Shown here piece by piece: positions 1 to 9,913 of a stretch of 63,740 bases of DNA. A program made the translations under genes and the position numbers. Every line of letters starts with the position of its first letter. Position 1 is the first letter of the stretch. The stretch spans positions 1 through 63,740 of the IMG/VR virus record IMGVR_UViG_3300032330_001642, one strand, 5' to 3'. A model generated the notes under the pieces. It did not search any database and was not told where the DNA came from. It was given only the letters and a program-made list of their open reading frames with translations. Source of the DNA: a virus (lineage: Duplodnaviria > Caudoviricetes).

Positions 1-22
1 CCAAATTTATTTTGAAATTTTT

Positions 23-331
23 TTATATTTTTTTTGTAATCATCCAACCATCCGAGATTTGTTTGTATTTCCCAATACATTCAAAATATAAACCACCATC
101 ACTGAATATTGCGTAATCCTCATACCCATTAGTAATTTCAAGACACTTGGATTCAAGAGTTGAGATTAACTCATAATTACGAACATTCTTTGGTAACTCA
201 TTTTCTTCTGAAATTATAACCCTTAAAGATTTTAACTTTAATCTTTGTTTTGGAGTAATATACCAACGTTCTTGAACCACATAAGGTTCCTCACGTAAAT
301 TATTACGACGTATCTCAACTCTATATTTCAT
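23..331 (-). CDS. hypothetical protein
   Basis: ORF; start taken at MKYRVEI, downstream of a TACTTTTG promoter-like motif; no recognisable domain. Confidence 0.6.
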   Translation of the reverse strand: MKYRVEIRRNNLREEPYVVQERWYITPKQRLKLKSLRVIISEENELPKNVRNYELISTLESKCLEITNGYEDYAIFSDGGLYFECIGKYKQISDGWMITKKI

Positions 332-501
332 AATGTTAATTTGAGACAAAAGTAATTCTATTTTTTTAATTGGCCAAATTTATTTTAGATTTTTTTTACT
401 ACAACGATTACTTAAAATTTTTTTGGCATAATGTTTGACTTCGTGGTTTTAATAACCTATTTATTTAACGAACTTAAATATTAACTAAAAAAAAAAGTAT
501 T

Positions 502-675
502 ATGAAAAAAGTATTATTAGCTCTTGCAATTATCGGAACATTGACGGTAACATCTTGTAAACAAGTAAACACAGAAGAATCAACAACAACTGTTGATACA
601 ACATCGGTTGATTCAGTATCAGTAGATACAACAGCCGTAGACACTACACACGTAGACACTACTCAAGTGAAGTAA
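502..675 (+). CDS. small Thr/Asp-rich lipoprotein (57 aa)
   Basis: MKKVLLALAIIGTLTVTSC lipobox signal, then VDTT repeats; below ORF-track cutoff; followed by a hairpin terminator. Confidence 0.75.
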   Translation: MKKVLLALAIIGTLTVTSCKQVNTEESTTTVDTTSVDSVSVDTTAVDTTHVDTTQVK

Positions 676-707
676 AAAAATAACCCCTCTTTCCGGAGGG
701 GTTTTTT
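675..707. terminator. bidirectional intrinsic terminator
   Basis: AACCCCTC-TTTCCG-GAGGGGTT hairpin with A/T tracts between convergent genes. Confidence 0.8.
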
Positions 708-708
708 A

Positions 709-1314
709 TTATAATAATCTTTTGATTCTTTTTAATTCTTCTTGAAGGACTTTATCCTTAATAACACTTTCTTTATTTAATGGAATAGGTTTTATATTCA
801 AAAGTTTATCTAGTAAATTAAACGGTGCTAAACCTGCTGCTGTAAAAATATCTTGACCATTATCGTCTTTAGGTACACCTAAATTATGAGAAGAACTTGA
901 AGTATCTTTATTTGACGGTTTTGGTTCTTTTTTACTTTTACTAGTTTTATCATCTTTTGAACTATTATCAATACCATTAAAAAATGGTTTTGTATTAATT
1001 TTTTTACCTCCATTATCTAATATTGAATAAGTGATATCTTTATCACCCATAATACCAATACTGTTCCCTTTTCTAACATTGTCACCTTTATTAACGGTAA
1101 TTCTATTAACTTCACAAAATGATGAATAACATTGGTGTCCATTAACGGTATGTTGAATTTTAACATATCCACCACAATGATTAGGGTCCATTTTTTCAAC
1201 AACACCTTCATATGGTGCTCGAACTAGATTACCTTGATATGAACTAATTACAAGTTCTTTACTATTGGAATCATTTACTCTTCCACCCGATACCGGTATA
1301 TCAAACCTTTCCAT
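709..1314 (-). CDS. peptidase M23-like domain protein, probably degenerate
   Basis: VRAPYEGVV..GGYVKIQH..VNKGDNVRKGNSIG matches the M23 pattern; the HxH motif is not evident. Confidence 0.6.
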   Translation of the reverse strand: MERFDIPVSGGRVNDSNSKELVISSYQGNLVRAPYEGVVEKMDPNHCGGYVKIQHTVNGHQCYSSFCEVNRITVNKGDNVRKGNSIGIMGDKDITYSILDNGGKKINTKPFFNGIDNSSKDDKTSKSKKEPKPSNKDTSSSSHNLGVPKDDNGQDIFTAAGLAPFNLLDKLLNIKPIPLNKESVIKDKVLQEELKRIKRLL

Positions 1315-1997
1315 TATAGTAATCTTTTAATTTTTTGTATATTTTCAATTAATCTTTTTTCTTTACCTGAAACACTTTCATTTTTAGGTTTACTTAACCC
1401 TAAAGTATCTGTTGCTTGAGTCACAAAACTTTGATTCATTCTTTCAGCAGCTTGAGTAAATTCATCGTTGGGTCCACCACTATCTGATACTGAAGGTGTA
1501 TATGAAAATTTAGGAGTATCCGTTGTTCCGGGAGTTGCACTACTTTCTGAAGATGAATAATCAGTTCCACTACCTTCAGGAGCACCATTTCTATATGATA
1601 AATGAAAATGTCCTCCGGTAGCTTTTGAAGTTGGGTTAGTGTATTCATCAATAAACGAGAATCCATTAAATTTTGTTTTATAACTATTTAATAAAGTTAT
1701 AAAGGCTGAACGACAAGATTGGTCTAATGTAACATCAACAGCTTCACCTTTAGTATGTCTGCTAGTATATGTTGTTATTCCTTTATGGAACGCATCATTT
1801 CCTGAAGTAAAAATTAAATTACAATTAGGATTTGTTTTTTCCCATTCCTCAAATAATGAAGATAATATATCTAAAAAATCAGAATTCAAATCACCACCGG
1901 AAGTTAACTCACTTCCCTTTTCAGAATGTCCTAAACCTCTTATTTTAGTTCTAAAGTCAGATGAAGATATTTCAAATAAAGTACTTAATTTTTTCAT
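1314..1997 (-). CDS. peptidase M15-like (Hedgehog/DD-peptidase fold) protein
   Basis: SRHTKGEAVDV...GGHFH zinc-ligand pattern. Confidence 0.6.
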   Translation of the reverse strand: MKKLSTLFEISSSDFRTKIRGLGHSEKGSELTSGGDLNSDFLDILSSLFEEWEKTNPNCNLIFTSGNDAFHKGITTYTSRHTKGEAVDVTLDQSCRSAFITLLNSYKTKFNGFSFIDEYTNPTSKATGGHFHLSYRNGAPEGSGTDYSSSESSATPGTTDTPKFSYTPSVSDSGGPNDEFTQAAERMNQSFVTQATDTLGLSKPKNESVSGKEKRLIENIQKIKRLL

Positions 1998-1998
1998 A

Positions 1999-2604
1999 TT
2001 ATTGAGTTAAATGTGTCATTAAAACACCACCGATTGATGCTGAATGTTGTTGTAAATGATTTATAGATTCAATATCTAATTTAGTTTTTCTTTTGGTATA
2101 ATCCAACCCTAATGTCCCGATAAATTTACCCTCAATAGTTTTAACGGCAAAAAGATAACCTGATTTACATCCGGTATCTTCGGCAATATATTTTAATCCA
2201 TAAGTGGCTATTGTTTCATCCTTAAAGTCTGAGATTTCAATTACATCATTTTCTAATAATTGGTTGATTGAACGGCTAAATAAATTAACGGGAATATTAT
2301 GGAAATTTCCTTGTACAGATGTAATTCCCGGACCAACAACTTCATACATAATACTGAATTTAGCCATCGATTTTCCTGTTGGGTAGAAGTTACCCCCATT
2401 GTGAAATTGAGTTATCCAAACTCTATCACATTTGAATTCGTCTTTAATATGTTCTAATTTGGTCATTATAAGTTCACTGACTTTTAACGTTTCCAATACC
2501 ATATCCGGTTTTTCTGTTTTTTTCTCTAATTTATTCTTAATGAATAATAATAGAACGGGACCCAATACCCCCGTGATAAACGCTACTATTATTGATGCAC
2601 TCAT
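1999..2604 (-). CDS. N-terminal TM plus GAF-like domain protein (T4 holin T-like architecture)
   Basis: single TM helix; DRVWITQFHNG...FIGTLGLDY GAF-like pattern. Confidence 0.45.
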   Translation of the reverse strand: MSASIIVAFITGVLGPVLLLFIKNKLEKKTEKPDMVLETLKVSELIMTKLEHIKDEFKCDRVWITQFHNGGNFYPTGKSMAKFSIMYEVVGPGITSVQGNFHNIPVNLFSRSINQLLENDVIEISDFKDETIATYGLKYIAEDTGCKSGYLFAVKTIEGKFIGTLGLDYTKRKTKLDIESINHLQQHSASIGGVLMTHLTQ

Positions 2605-2678
2605 ACCTTTGATTTACATATTTATATAACCTATAAATAGTAATTAAATAAAAAAAGTGAGGTATAAACCCCACTTTT

Positions 2679-3704
2679 TTACAGTTTTTTGAATTCCGGT
2701 CTGATTAGATTCCAAATGATTTCTGAGTAATCTTTTTTATCGAACATTCTAAATAGAATCCCCGACATATGTTTAGGTTGGGTAAACACCCACTCAGCAA
2801 ACTCTTTTCTATCAGTGATAGGTTCTTGGTCGTTATATTTCCCATACATCTTATAGTCAAACTTTTTACCAGCATCTTCAGATATTTGAAAATAAGAATA
2901 TCTCAAGTCTTTAACGTAGTTTTGAATTTTTTTGTAAAATTCATCCGGAACATCTTTCAATAGTTCCATAACATCCTCACCATTTTTCAAATACTCCCAA
3001 ATACCGGTTGTGGTAACATTGGTCATAATTTTGTGAAGACGAAGATACTCCACCCCTTTAATTTTGATTCTATCTCCGTTAGAGAATTTAACCACAAATC
3101 CTTCTTGGTCATCTTTTACCATCATTTTAAGTTCTTTGAAGTCCTTAATACCATCGTATTTTTTAACCACATCAAATCCCCATTGTGACCATATATTCAC
3201 ATCCATTTCTTTTCCGTTTTTGTCAAAGGTTCCCAATAGGACTAGTTTCTCATCAGTACCATAATCCAAAACAATTCTGTTCTCAGGATATATGATTTCA
3301 AAACAGAAAGTCAGATGTCTGAACATTATGTCGGTGTTGTATTTTTTTAGGATTTCTCTCGCTTTGATAGCTTGGTCAGAAGTGAATGAACCACGAGTGG
3401 CAACCACCCATTGACCTTGATACCAAAATACGATTCCTAATGAACCATCCATTTTTTCATACACCTCAAAGGTTTCAGTTGGGGTGAACTTCCCTTCTTC
3501 TATGTTGAAGAATTTATGGAATGGGGTTGCAACGATGTCTCCGTTGTCGTCGGTAACTAAACCTCTACACATCAGGGTCACCTCATCCCACAGGTTCTCG
3601 TACTGAACTTTTTCAGTATAATTCCATATGGTTAATGGAAGTGATGGATGTACTTGTTTGTAAAGTAATCCGTCTTCGTAATATTTGTTTAGTTTTTCTA
3701 ACAT
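2679..3704 (-). CDS. T4 Rnl1-like RNA ligase
   Basis: CRGLV, KFFN, motif I EKMDGSLG, EGFVVKF, KIK motifs. Confidence 0.9.
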   Translation of the reverse strand: MLEKLNKYYEDGLLYKQVHPSLPLTIWNYTEKVQYENLWDEVTLMCRGLVTDDNGDIVATPFHKFFNIEEGKFTPTETFEVYEKMDGSLGIVFWYQGQWVVATRGSFTSDQAIKAREILKKYNTDIMFRHLTFCFEIIYPENRIVLDYGTDEKLVLLGTFDKNGKEMDVNIWSQWGFDVVKKYDGIKDFKELKMMVKDDQEGFVVKFSNGDRIKIKGVEYLRLHKIMTNVTTTGIWEYLKNGEDVMELLKDVPDEFYKKIQNYVKDLRYSYFQISEDAGKKFDYKMYGKYNDQEPITDRKEFAEWVFTQPKHMSGILFRMFDKKDYSEIIWNLIRPEFKKL

Positions 3705-3715
3705 AATTTTTTATT

Positions 3716-4081
3716 TTATAATGTGGAACAGAATAATAGTGTTCCAACTAATTGTACATAATGTAATACTTGGTCAAATCCGACTACCACAAATCCGTTG
3801 TGAAAATCTTGTTTATCCCAAAATGGTTTTCCAATTCTACTAGTTAACCAATCTGTAACCCAATGACATATAAATGTTATGGACGAGAAGATTAACGCAA
3901 TCCAAAAATAATCAAAGTAAAACCAAGAAGCCAACAACCACATTATGGAATAAACCCCAACGTGGTATGTTAACCATTTAAGACTGGTACTTTTACCGGT
4001 TGCTTGTTCGTGTGTTTGTAATCCAAAATCGGCTAAGAAGTGAATTAACAATACAAATACTAATGTTGTGAATGATATCAT
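3716..4081 (-). CDS. DUF3307-like membrane protein
   Basis: HFLADFGLQ, HWVTD and GFDQVLH motifs with several TM helices. Confidence 0.75.
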   Translation of the reverse strand: MISFTTLVFVLLIHFLADFGLQTHEQATGKSTSLKWLTYHVGVYSIMWLLASWFYFDYFWIALIFSSITFICHWVTDWLTSRIGKPFWDKQDFHNGFVVVGFDQVLHYVQLVGTLLFCSTL

Positions 4082-4090
4082 ACTATGGAA

Positions 4091-4474
4091 TTAAAGTTTC
4101 GTTTCGAAACGATTTTTCATTATTTCCAATTTATCTTCCGGAACTCCGTGTTCATTAACTCCTCCGTGTCTGTTTTCAACAATTAAAGAGTAAACTCTAT
4201 ATCCGTGTTTTTCAGCCAAGTCAAAGTATGGTTTCATTTCCCACTCTTGAGTGAATGTATTTGACACCACAACTCTTTTGCTTTTATTTTCCATAAAAAC
4301 TCTAACAGCATTTTGACACCAATCGTGTGCGTCTTTTAATTTAGTAACGTCAAATTCGTACTTACCTTCGTAGGTAAAGTATTTATCCGCTTCCATATGT
4401 TGACCACCCAATGATTCCGCCAACGTAGATTTACCACTTCCGGGTAATCCTCTTAATAAAAATAACTCTTTCAT
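4091..4474 (-). CDS. P-loop kinase (AAA_33, polynucleotide kinase-like)
   Basis: RGLPGSGKST Walker A, VVVSNTF, HGVP; next to the RNA ligase. Confidence 0.8.
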   Translation of the reverse strand: MKELFLLRGLPGSGKSTLAESLGGQHMEADKYFTYEGKYEFDVTKLKDAHDWCQNAVRVFMENKSKRVVVSNTFTQEWEMKPYFDLAEKHGYRVYSLIVENRHGGVNEHGVPEDKLEIMKNRFETKL

Positions 4475-4761
4475 AATTCACATTCTTTTAGATGTTTAAC
4501 AATTTTTTCAATTCCCGGAATATCGTCAGGGTTGATGATAAATTCATCAAATGCACCATATCTTGATTGATATCCAAAAATATATTTCAACCCATATCCA
4601 ACTCTCAGCCAAAATGGTCGTTTAACCAAGTGAGTGTGAATATAAACCATTGGGAATCTTAACCCATCAATTTCGTCCTCATCATATAGGACAACCATTT
4701 GATGTTCCGTGTTATGACAGGAACACACAAATAAATCTTTTTTTGTTTGTTTAATTCTCAT
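4471..4761 (-). CDS. hypothetical protein
   Basis: ORF overlapping neighbours in an operon-like run. Confidence 0.6.
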   Translation of the reverse strand: MRIKQTKKDLFVCSCHNTEHQMVVLYDEDEIDGLRFPMVYIHTHLVKRPFWLRVGYGLKYIFGYQSRYGAFDEFIINPDDIPGIEKIVKHLKECEL

Positions 4762-5021
4762 ATTACTTTTACTTCTATTAGTTTTCTTCTTAACCATTGT
4801 TCATCAACATTATCAGGTCTTTTACCTAAAATGATTTCATCAATTGTATCACCAAGAAATTCCATCAACATTCTTTTAATTTCAGATGGTGCATCCATTG
4901 CTGCATACGAATAACAATCTTGTATCATTTCGTGAGATAATGGAACCTCAATTATAATCCGTGACGATATTAATGAACCATCTTCATTAAAGTGGTTGTC
5001 TTCTACTCTTGTGTTTAACAT
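4758..5021 (-). CDS. hypothetical protein
   Basis: ORF; start at MLNTRVED. Confidence 0.55.
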   Translation of the reverse strand: MLNTRVEDNHFNEDGSLISSRIIIEVPLSHEMIQDCYSYAAMDAPSEIKRMLMEFLGDTIDEIILGKRPDNVDEQWLRRKLIEVKVI

Positions 5022-5022
5022 A

Positions 5023-5685
5023 TTATTTTCTTTTTTTACCGTCTTCAGTTTCAATCTCATCCGTGTGGTGGTCAAATAACATATCTGACACAATATCACG
5101 TTTGTCCATAATTCTTATGATATTATCCATATCATATACACCAAACGTTGGGTGACCATCCATTCCTACATCCATTTTCTTACCTTTACCAAATCTTAGG
5201 TTTGTGGGTAAGTGAACGTGTCCGTGAAGGTGAATAACACCTCTGTTTAGGTTTTCCCAAGATGCTATTGGGTAGTGGAACAATTCAAATGTTTTGAATT
5301 TATATAATAATTTTGAGTAGTGATTAACACTTGAGAATAATTCTTGAATGTTATCTCTATTTTTCTCAATGTGTTCGTCGTGATTACCCAATATAAGGTG
5401 AATCTCTTTACACACGATTCTATCTCTGAATTTTTGGATGTTTTCAAACCCACCGAAAGACCAATCTCCTAAGTGAATTAACACATCATCTTCTCCAACC
5501 ACACTATTAATTCCACTGATAATTGATTCATTCATTTGTTCAATTGTTTCAAAATTTCTAGTTTGGTCTATTGGGATACTACCATCCGGTAATCTCCAAG
5601 CCGTCACTCCTCTACATATGTTTTTGTGTCCGTAGTGTGTATCGGATGTCACAAATACTTTTCTATCTTTTTCTATCTTAATCAT
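5023..5685 (-). CDS. calcineurin-like metallophosphoesterase
   Basis: SDTHYGH, HLGD, GNHD and HGHVH motifs. Confidence 0.9.
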   Translation of the reverse strand: MIKIEKDRKVFVTSDTHYGHKNICRGVTAWRLPDGSIPIDQTRNFETIEQMNESIISGINSVVGEDDVLIHLGDWSFGGFENIQKFRDRIVCKEIHLILGNHDEHIEKNRDNIQELFSSVNHYSKLLYKFKTFELFHYPIASWENLNRGVIHLHGHVHLPTNLRFGKGKKMDVGMDGHPTFGVYDMDNIIRIMDKRDIVSDMLFDHHTDEIETEDGKKRK

Positions 5686-6214
5686 ATTCTAATTCTTTTT
5701 TTCCAAACCAAAAAGGTTTTTCTCTGTTTTTCCAAGAAGCCAAATCACTTTTGGCCCCCATATAATAATTTCTATAAGATTCCACAACAGAATCTACCTT
5801 AAACTCATCCGGCATTGCTCTTGCCGGAGTAGTAAAACCAATATCCGGGATGTTTGGTTTATTTACAATACACCAATTAATCACATCAATTGATTTGTGT
5901 CTTTTACCATACCTGTGAGTATATTCTTTACCTAATTCCAACCCCAACTCACACAAGTACAAATAGTTTGATAAACTTTCACGAGCCCATACCGCACAAG
6001 GATGATTCTTATGTGACAACTTGTAGGGTACTTGGTCGGTACTTGGTCGGTACTTGGTCGGTACTTGGTCGGTATCTTGGTCGGTATCTTGGGCGGTTAC
6101 GTGATGAACCGAACATAACAACTGAGCCGTTTCCAAAATCATTTTAACTACGTGTTTATCTACGTGGTATTTTGCCGACAAAGTCGGATTCTCATCTAAG
6201 AAAAATATATTCAT
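5678..6214 (-). CDS. pyrimidine-dimer DNA glycosylase (DenV/Pyr_excise)-like protein
   Basis: MNIFFLD..DKHVVKMILETAQLL, HKNHPCAVW, VESYRNYY; contains an internal tandem repeat. Confidence 0.75.
   Translation of the reverse strand: MNIFFLDENPTLSAKYHVDKHVVKMILETAQLLCSVHHVTAQDTDQDTDQVPTKYRPSTDQVPYKLSHKNHPCAVWARESLSNYLYLCELGLELGKEYTHRYGKRHKSIDVINWCIVNKPNIPDIGFTTPARAMPDEFKVDSVVESYRNYYMGAKSDLASWKNREKPFWFGKKELEYD
6027..6093. repeat. tandem repeat: 4 x GGTACTTGGTC plus 2 x GGTATCTTGG(TC)
   Basis: read directly; lies inside the glycosylase-like CDS. Confidence 0.9.
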
Positions 6215-6663
6215 TATACGTGTGGTATTTGGACTCTCACACAAGTTTGTGCTTGACCCTCGTTCATATAAAAATTGTTCAAATATCCCATTATGTTTGC
6301 ACTTCCAATTGGATTTGCTGAATGAACATAAACAATTGGAAACACAAATTTATCAGCCTTTCTCTCACTTCTACTCATATTGAATCTACCTTCATTTGTG
6401 TTGTGAAATAATGCAACCAAGAACTTAGCCGCGTCATACCCGGTTTTCTCCTTAATATTATCATAATCCAAAGTGTAATTTGGTGAAACATTATTGAAGT
6501 ACTCGTCCATTGCAGTATCACCCAAATCGTGGTCTAATGAAATTATTTCAATATTTTCCAATCCAAGCTCATTCACTTTATCAACAAACTCTTCATAGTT
6601 TCTAACAACAATCCAATTATTACCTGTTGGTGTTCTTACGTCATCTAAATAAATTCTATTCAT
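6214..6663 (-). CDS. cyclic-phosphate-processing receiver-like domain protein
   Basis: IYLDDVRTP, ISLDHDLG, TGYD and VHSANPIG motifs. Confidence 0.75.
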   Translation of the reverse strand: MNRIYLDDVRTPTGNNWIVVRNYEEFVDKVNELGLENIEIISLDHDLGDTAMDEYFNNVSPNYTLDYDNIKEKTGYDAAKFLVALFHNTNEGRFNMSRSERKADKFVFPIVYVHSANPIGSANIMGYLNNFYMNEGQAQTCVRVQIPHV

Positions 6664-6755
6664 ATCTTTTGATTTTGATACAAAGATAATCAAAATTTTG
6701 GAATAAAAAATAATATAAGTAGAAAAGTAAATATTTATAATATAAAAACATTCAA

Positions 6756-7472
6756 ATGGCAACACAAAAATTACTAATTAGAAACGTAAGTCCTAATCCA
6801 ATATTATTTAATTACCAAAATGCCACAGATAAGATATGGTATTATCAAGTAGTAATATTAACGGGTCAAGAAAGAACTATTTGGTGTGTAGAAAATACTT
6901 TATCTTATTCGGGTCCAACTAATGGTTTATTTATTACAAATAAAACCACAACTGTTTGTGGTATAACACCAACTCCGACTCCAAGTGCAACACCTATACC
7001 AACACCTATACCATCCGGAGGAGGTTTAGTGGGAATTATAATCCCTGATAATGATTTGAATACAGAAATACTATTTCCACCAAGTCCAACTCCAAGTGTA
7101 ACTCCAACAATTACTGTCACACCAAGTGTAACACCAACAATTACCGTTACACCAAGTGTAACACCAACAGGGACATTAACTCCAACTCCAACAATTACTG
7201 AGACACCTACACCAACTCCAACAACACCATATTTCACATATAATTTCACGTTATGTTGCACAATTGTCCCAATAACATTATATTCTCAATCATCTAGTAT
7301 TATTGTCGGGTCTTACCTATATAGTGACACATCTTTATTAACACCATATTATGACCCAACACTTGGTTTAATACCGGGTTCAGTTGATTGTAATACCCCA
7401 TTTACCGATGGAATACTTACGGATGTAACAGGTTTAGTTACGAGTATAACAGATACCGGTAGTTGTAATTAA
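6756..7472 (+). CDS. Pro/Thr-repeat protein (probably virion or surface)
   Basis: TPTP and TPSVTPTITV repeats; TATTTAT motif upstream. Confidence 0.7.
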   Translation: MATQKLLIRNVSPNPILFNYQNATDKIWYYQVVILTGQERTIWCVENTLSYSGPTNGLFITNKTTTVCGITPTPTPSATPIPTPIPSGGGLVGIIIPDNDLNTEILFPPSPTPSVTPTITVTPSVTPTITVTPSVTPTGTLTPTPTITETPTPTPTTPYFTYNFTLCCTIVPITLYSQSSSIIVGSYLYSDTSLLTPYYDPTLGLIPGSVDCNTPFTDGILTDVTGLVTSITDTGSCN

Positions 7473-7516
7473 TAATAAAATAAAACCAATATACAAATAA
7501 ATAAAAAACAAAAATT

Positions 7517-9580
7517 ATGGCAATAGGAGCAAGAATATTAAGTAACAATTTAAGTGGTGATACCGTTGAAGTTACTTTTTTACCATTCACAGGTGGAACA
7601 ATTGATTTGGGTACACAAACAATTCCATTTAATAATTTAACATCATACCCTTACGGAACGTATGAAGTGTATGTACCATTATATGACCACACATATGAAG
7701 TAGTAATAAATGCAGGTGTTAGTGGTAATACATTTAGTTTCATATCTAAATTAACCGGAAACAATAATTACGGAGCTGCAACATTAGACTTTAATGATTT
7801 AACGGCACAAATAATTGACTTAAATGTTGACTACACCGGATGGAGGATTAATGACATATACCCAATTACTGATTATGGTTATGGATATTTTTTCTATAAT
7901 GATAATACCTGTAATTTACAATGGGTTATTTTTGCAGACTCTTTAGGTAATATCTTAGAAAGTTTCCAAACAAATTGTGATTGTGATTATGATTATGACG
8001 TTTTAGGTGGTAAATGGACATATTTAATTGATTATTATAACGGTATATTAAAATATTTTAATGGTAAAAATGTTTATACATTAACTATTGACCCTTCATA
8101 TCAAGAGTTTGATGTTAATACTAATTGGGATGGTGTTATGTCAAATGATAATTTTAGTATAGTAATTTATGACAATAATACTAATATAGGAACTAATTAT
8201 ATTGTTAATGGTTCTGATTTAATAGAATTTAATACTTTTGATAATACAACATACTACACAAATATTATTACTTATTTTAGTGGTAGTTATCTTGGTGAAA
8301 TACTTTATAATTTCAACACCAATCTTCAAGTATCATTCAAAATTTATGACGGAACCGATGGAAGTTTATTACAAACAATAGACCTTACAGGTGATAATTA
8401 CAATAATTATTACATAAATCCATACGGAGATAATAAAATAGTTGGAATGTTCAATAATTATAGTGATAATTCAGTTGATTACCTTATATTTCAATATGAC
8501 GGTAACACTGACACATTAATTACAACAACACACACAGCGGTTAATTATAGTAATATAGACATTAGTTCAAATACAAATTTCTATCCAAATGCTGGTGGTA
8601 CTGAATCTTTTGTAATACGACTTTCAAATGCTGTTGGTTATAATAATGTTGGTAATATTGTGGATTATTGCGATTTAATTTATATGTTAAGTGGTGACAC
8701 TGATTTTACAACTTATACCTTCCAAGATAGCGGAAGTGGTGATAAGTCAATTAGAAGTTGGTTTTACACAAGTAATATACTTTCAACTGTTTGTGATGAT
8801 GGTGACGGATATGTATCTTCATTAGTTATTAATTCAAGTGGTGTGATAATAACTTCAAGCAATATTTCAACAAGTAATGATGGACAAATTGACCAATGGG
8901 GTGTTGGAGATGGATTTGTTTATGTGTTTTATACAGGAAATACAAATAACGGATGTACTTTAACATATATTAATAATGAAGGTGTTGAAACTGATAGAAT
9001 TGAAGACATCCCTCTTCCATTAGGGTATAATGCGACAAGTATTGGAAAATTATTCCAATTTAGTAATAAATCAGGTGTAAATTGTTACATTAATGAAATG
9101 TCTGATGTATTCCAAACAGATAATCCATTAGTTAATACCGGTAATACATATAGTTATCATTCTCAATCCCAATTCAAATCTGATTTTATTGAAACCGGTG
9201 TGATTGTAAATTTTAATTATGTTACTAGAGAATGTAATGTATTAACATCAACAGGTTATACTGACACATTTATGTTACCTGAAAATAATGATTGGGACAT
9301 TATAGTCGGAAATGATAAATTTATGTTTACTTTTGAAGATTTAATAAGTGGTAACACTAATATTCATTTATATGATATTAATGGTAACCTATTAAATAGT
9401 CTTGTAACAGAACATACTTCTTGGAATAGTCAAGAAGCTTGTGGAGATAAATTTGTACGACTTATTAATGAAAATGGAAATTACTACGTATACTTAGTAA
9501 GCGAAACAGAAATATCATCATCAACACTTACTAATGATAACGATTATTACACATTTAACGATTTTATTTGGTGGGATTAA
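7517..9580 (+). CDS. large Asn/Asp-rich beta-rich protein (possibly structural)
   Basis: 687-aa ORF; composition only. Confidence 0.65.
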   Translation: MAIGARILSNNLSGDTVEVTFLPFTGGTIDLGTQTIPFNNLTSYPYGTYEVYVPLYDHTYEVVINAGVSGNTFSFISKLTGNNNYGAATLDFNDLTAQIIDLNVDYTGWRINDIYPITDYGYGYFFYNDNTCNLQWVIFADSLGNILESFQTNCDCDYDYDVLGGKWTYLIDYYNGILKYFNGKNVYTLTIDPSYQEFDVNTNWDGVMSNDNFSIVIYDNNTNIGTNYIVNGSDLIEFNTFDNTTYYTNIITYFSGSYLGEILYNFNTNLQVSFKIYDGTDGSLLQTIDLTGDNYNNYYINPYGDNKIVGMFNNYSDNSVDYLIFQYDGNTDTLITTTHTAVNYSNIDISSNTNFYPNAGGTESFVIRLSNAVGYNNVGNIVDYCDLIYMLSGDTDFTTYTFQDSGSGDKSIRSWFYTSNILSTVCDDGDGYVSSLVINSSGVIITSSNISTSNDGQIDQWGVGDGFVYVFYTGNTNNGCTLTYINNEGVETDRIEDIPLPLGYNATSIGKLFQFSNKSGVNCYINEMSDVFQTDNPLVNTGNTYSYHSQSQFKSDFIETGVIVNFNYVTRECNVLTSTGYTDTFMLPENNDWDIIVGNDKFMFTFEDLISGNTNIHLYDINGNLLNSLVTEHTSWNSQEACGDKFVRLINENGNYYVYLVSETEISSSTLTNDNDYYTFNDFIWWD

Positions 9581-9607
9581 TAAAAATTAAATAAAAAAAA
9601 TATAAAT

Positions 9608-9853
9608 ATGAAAAAACCTGTAAGAATTACAATAGATAAAGAAAATACAAAAACTGAAATGACATCATACTTAACTAGTTTTGATGTAACTGAATCAACA
9701 ACAGTTTTGGAACTTAAAACAATAATTAAAGAGTCAATTAAATTTCCATATGAAGTTGTTAAAGAAACTTTATGGGGTAGCTCTACCGAATTAAAAGATG
9801 TAGATGTACTTCCTAAAAATGGAAAACTTGAATACGACCTTTTAGTTAAATAA
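9608..9853 (+). CDS. small protein, possible ubiquitin-like beta-grasp fold
   Basis: FDVTESTTVLELKTIIKESIKFP...ELKD pattern parallels ubiquitin. Confidence 0.4.
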   Translation: MKKPVRITIDKENTKTEMTSYLTSFDVTESTTVLELKTIIKESIKFPYEVVKETLWGSSTELKDVDVLPKNGKLEYDLLVK

Positions 9854-9857
9854 TAAT

Positions 9858-9887
9858 AAACCCCCTCTGAAAAGAAGGGGTTTTTTT
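9858..9887. terminator. bidirectional intrinsic terminator
   Basis: AAACCCCCTCT-GAAA-AGAAGGGGTTT followed by a T tract. Confidence 0.75.
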
Positions 9888-9913
9888 ATGAAACCTTGTT
9901 ATTTGTTTATTTT

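Noticed and set aside
474-659. Minus-strand 61-aa ORF
   Set aside because: It is the shadow of the plus-strand lipoprotein at 502-675.
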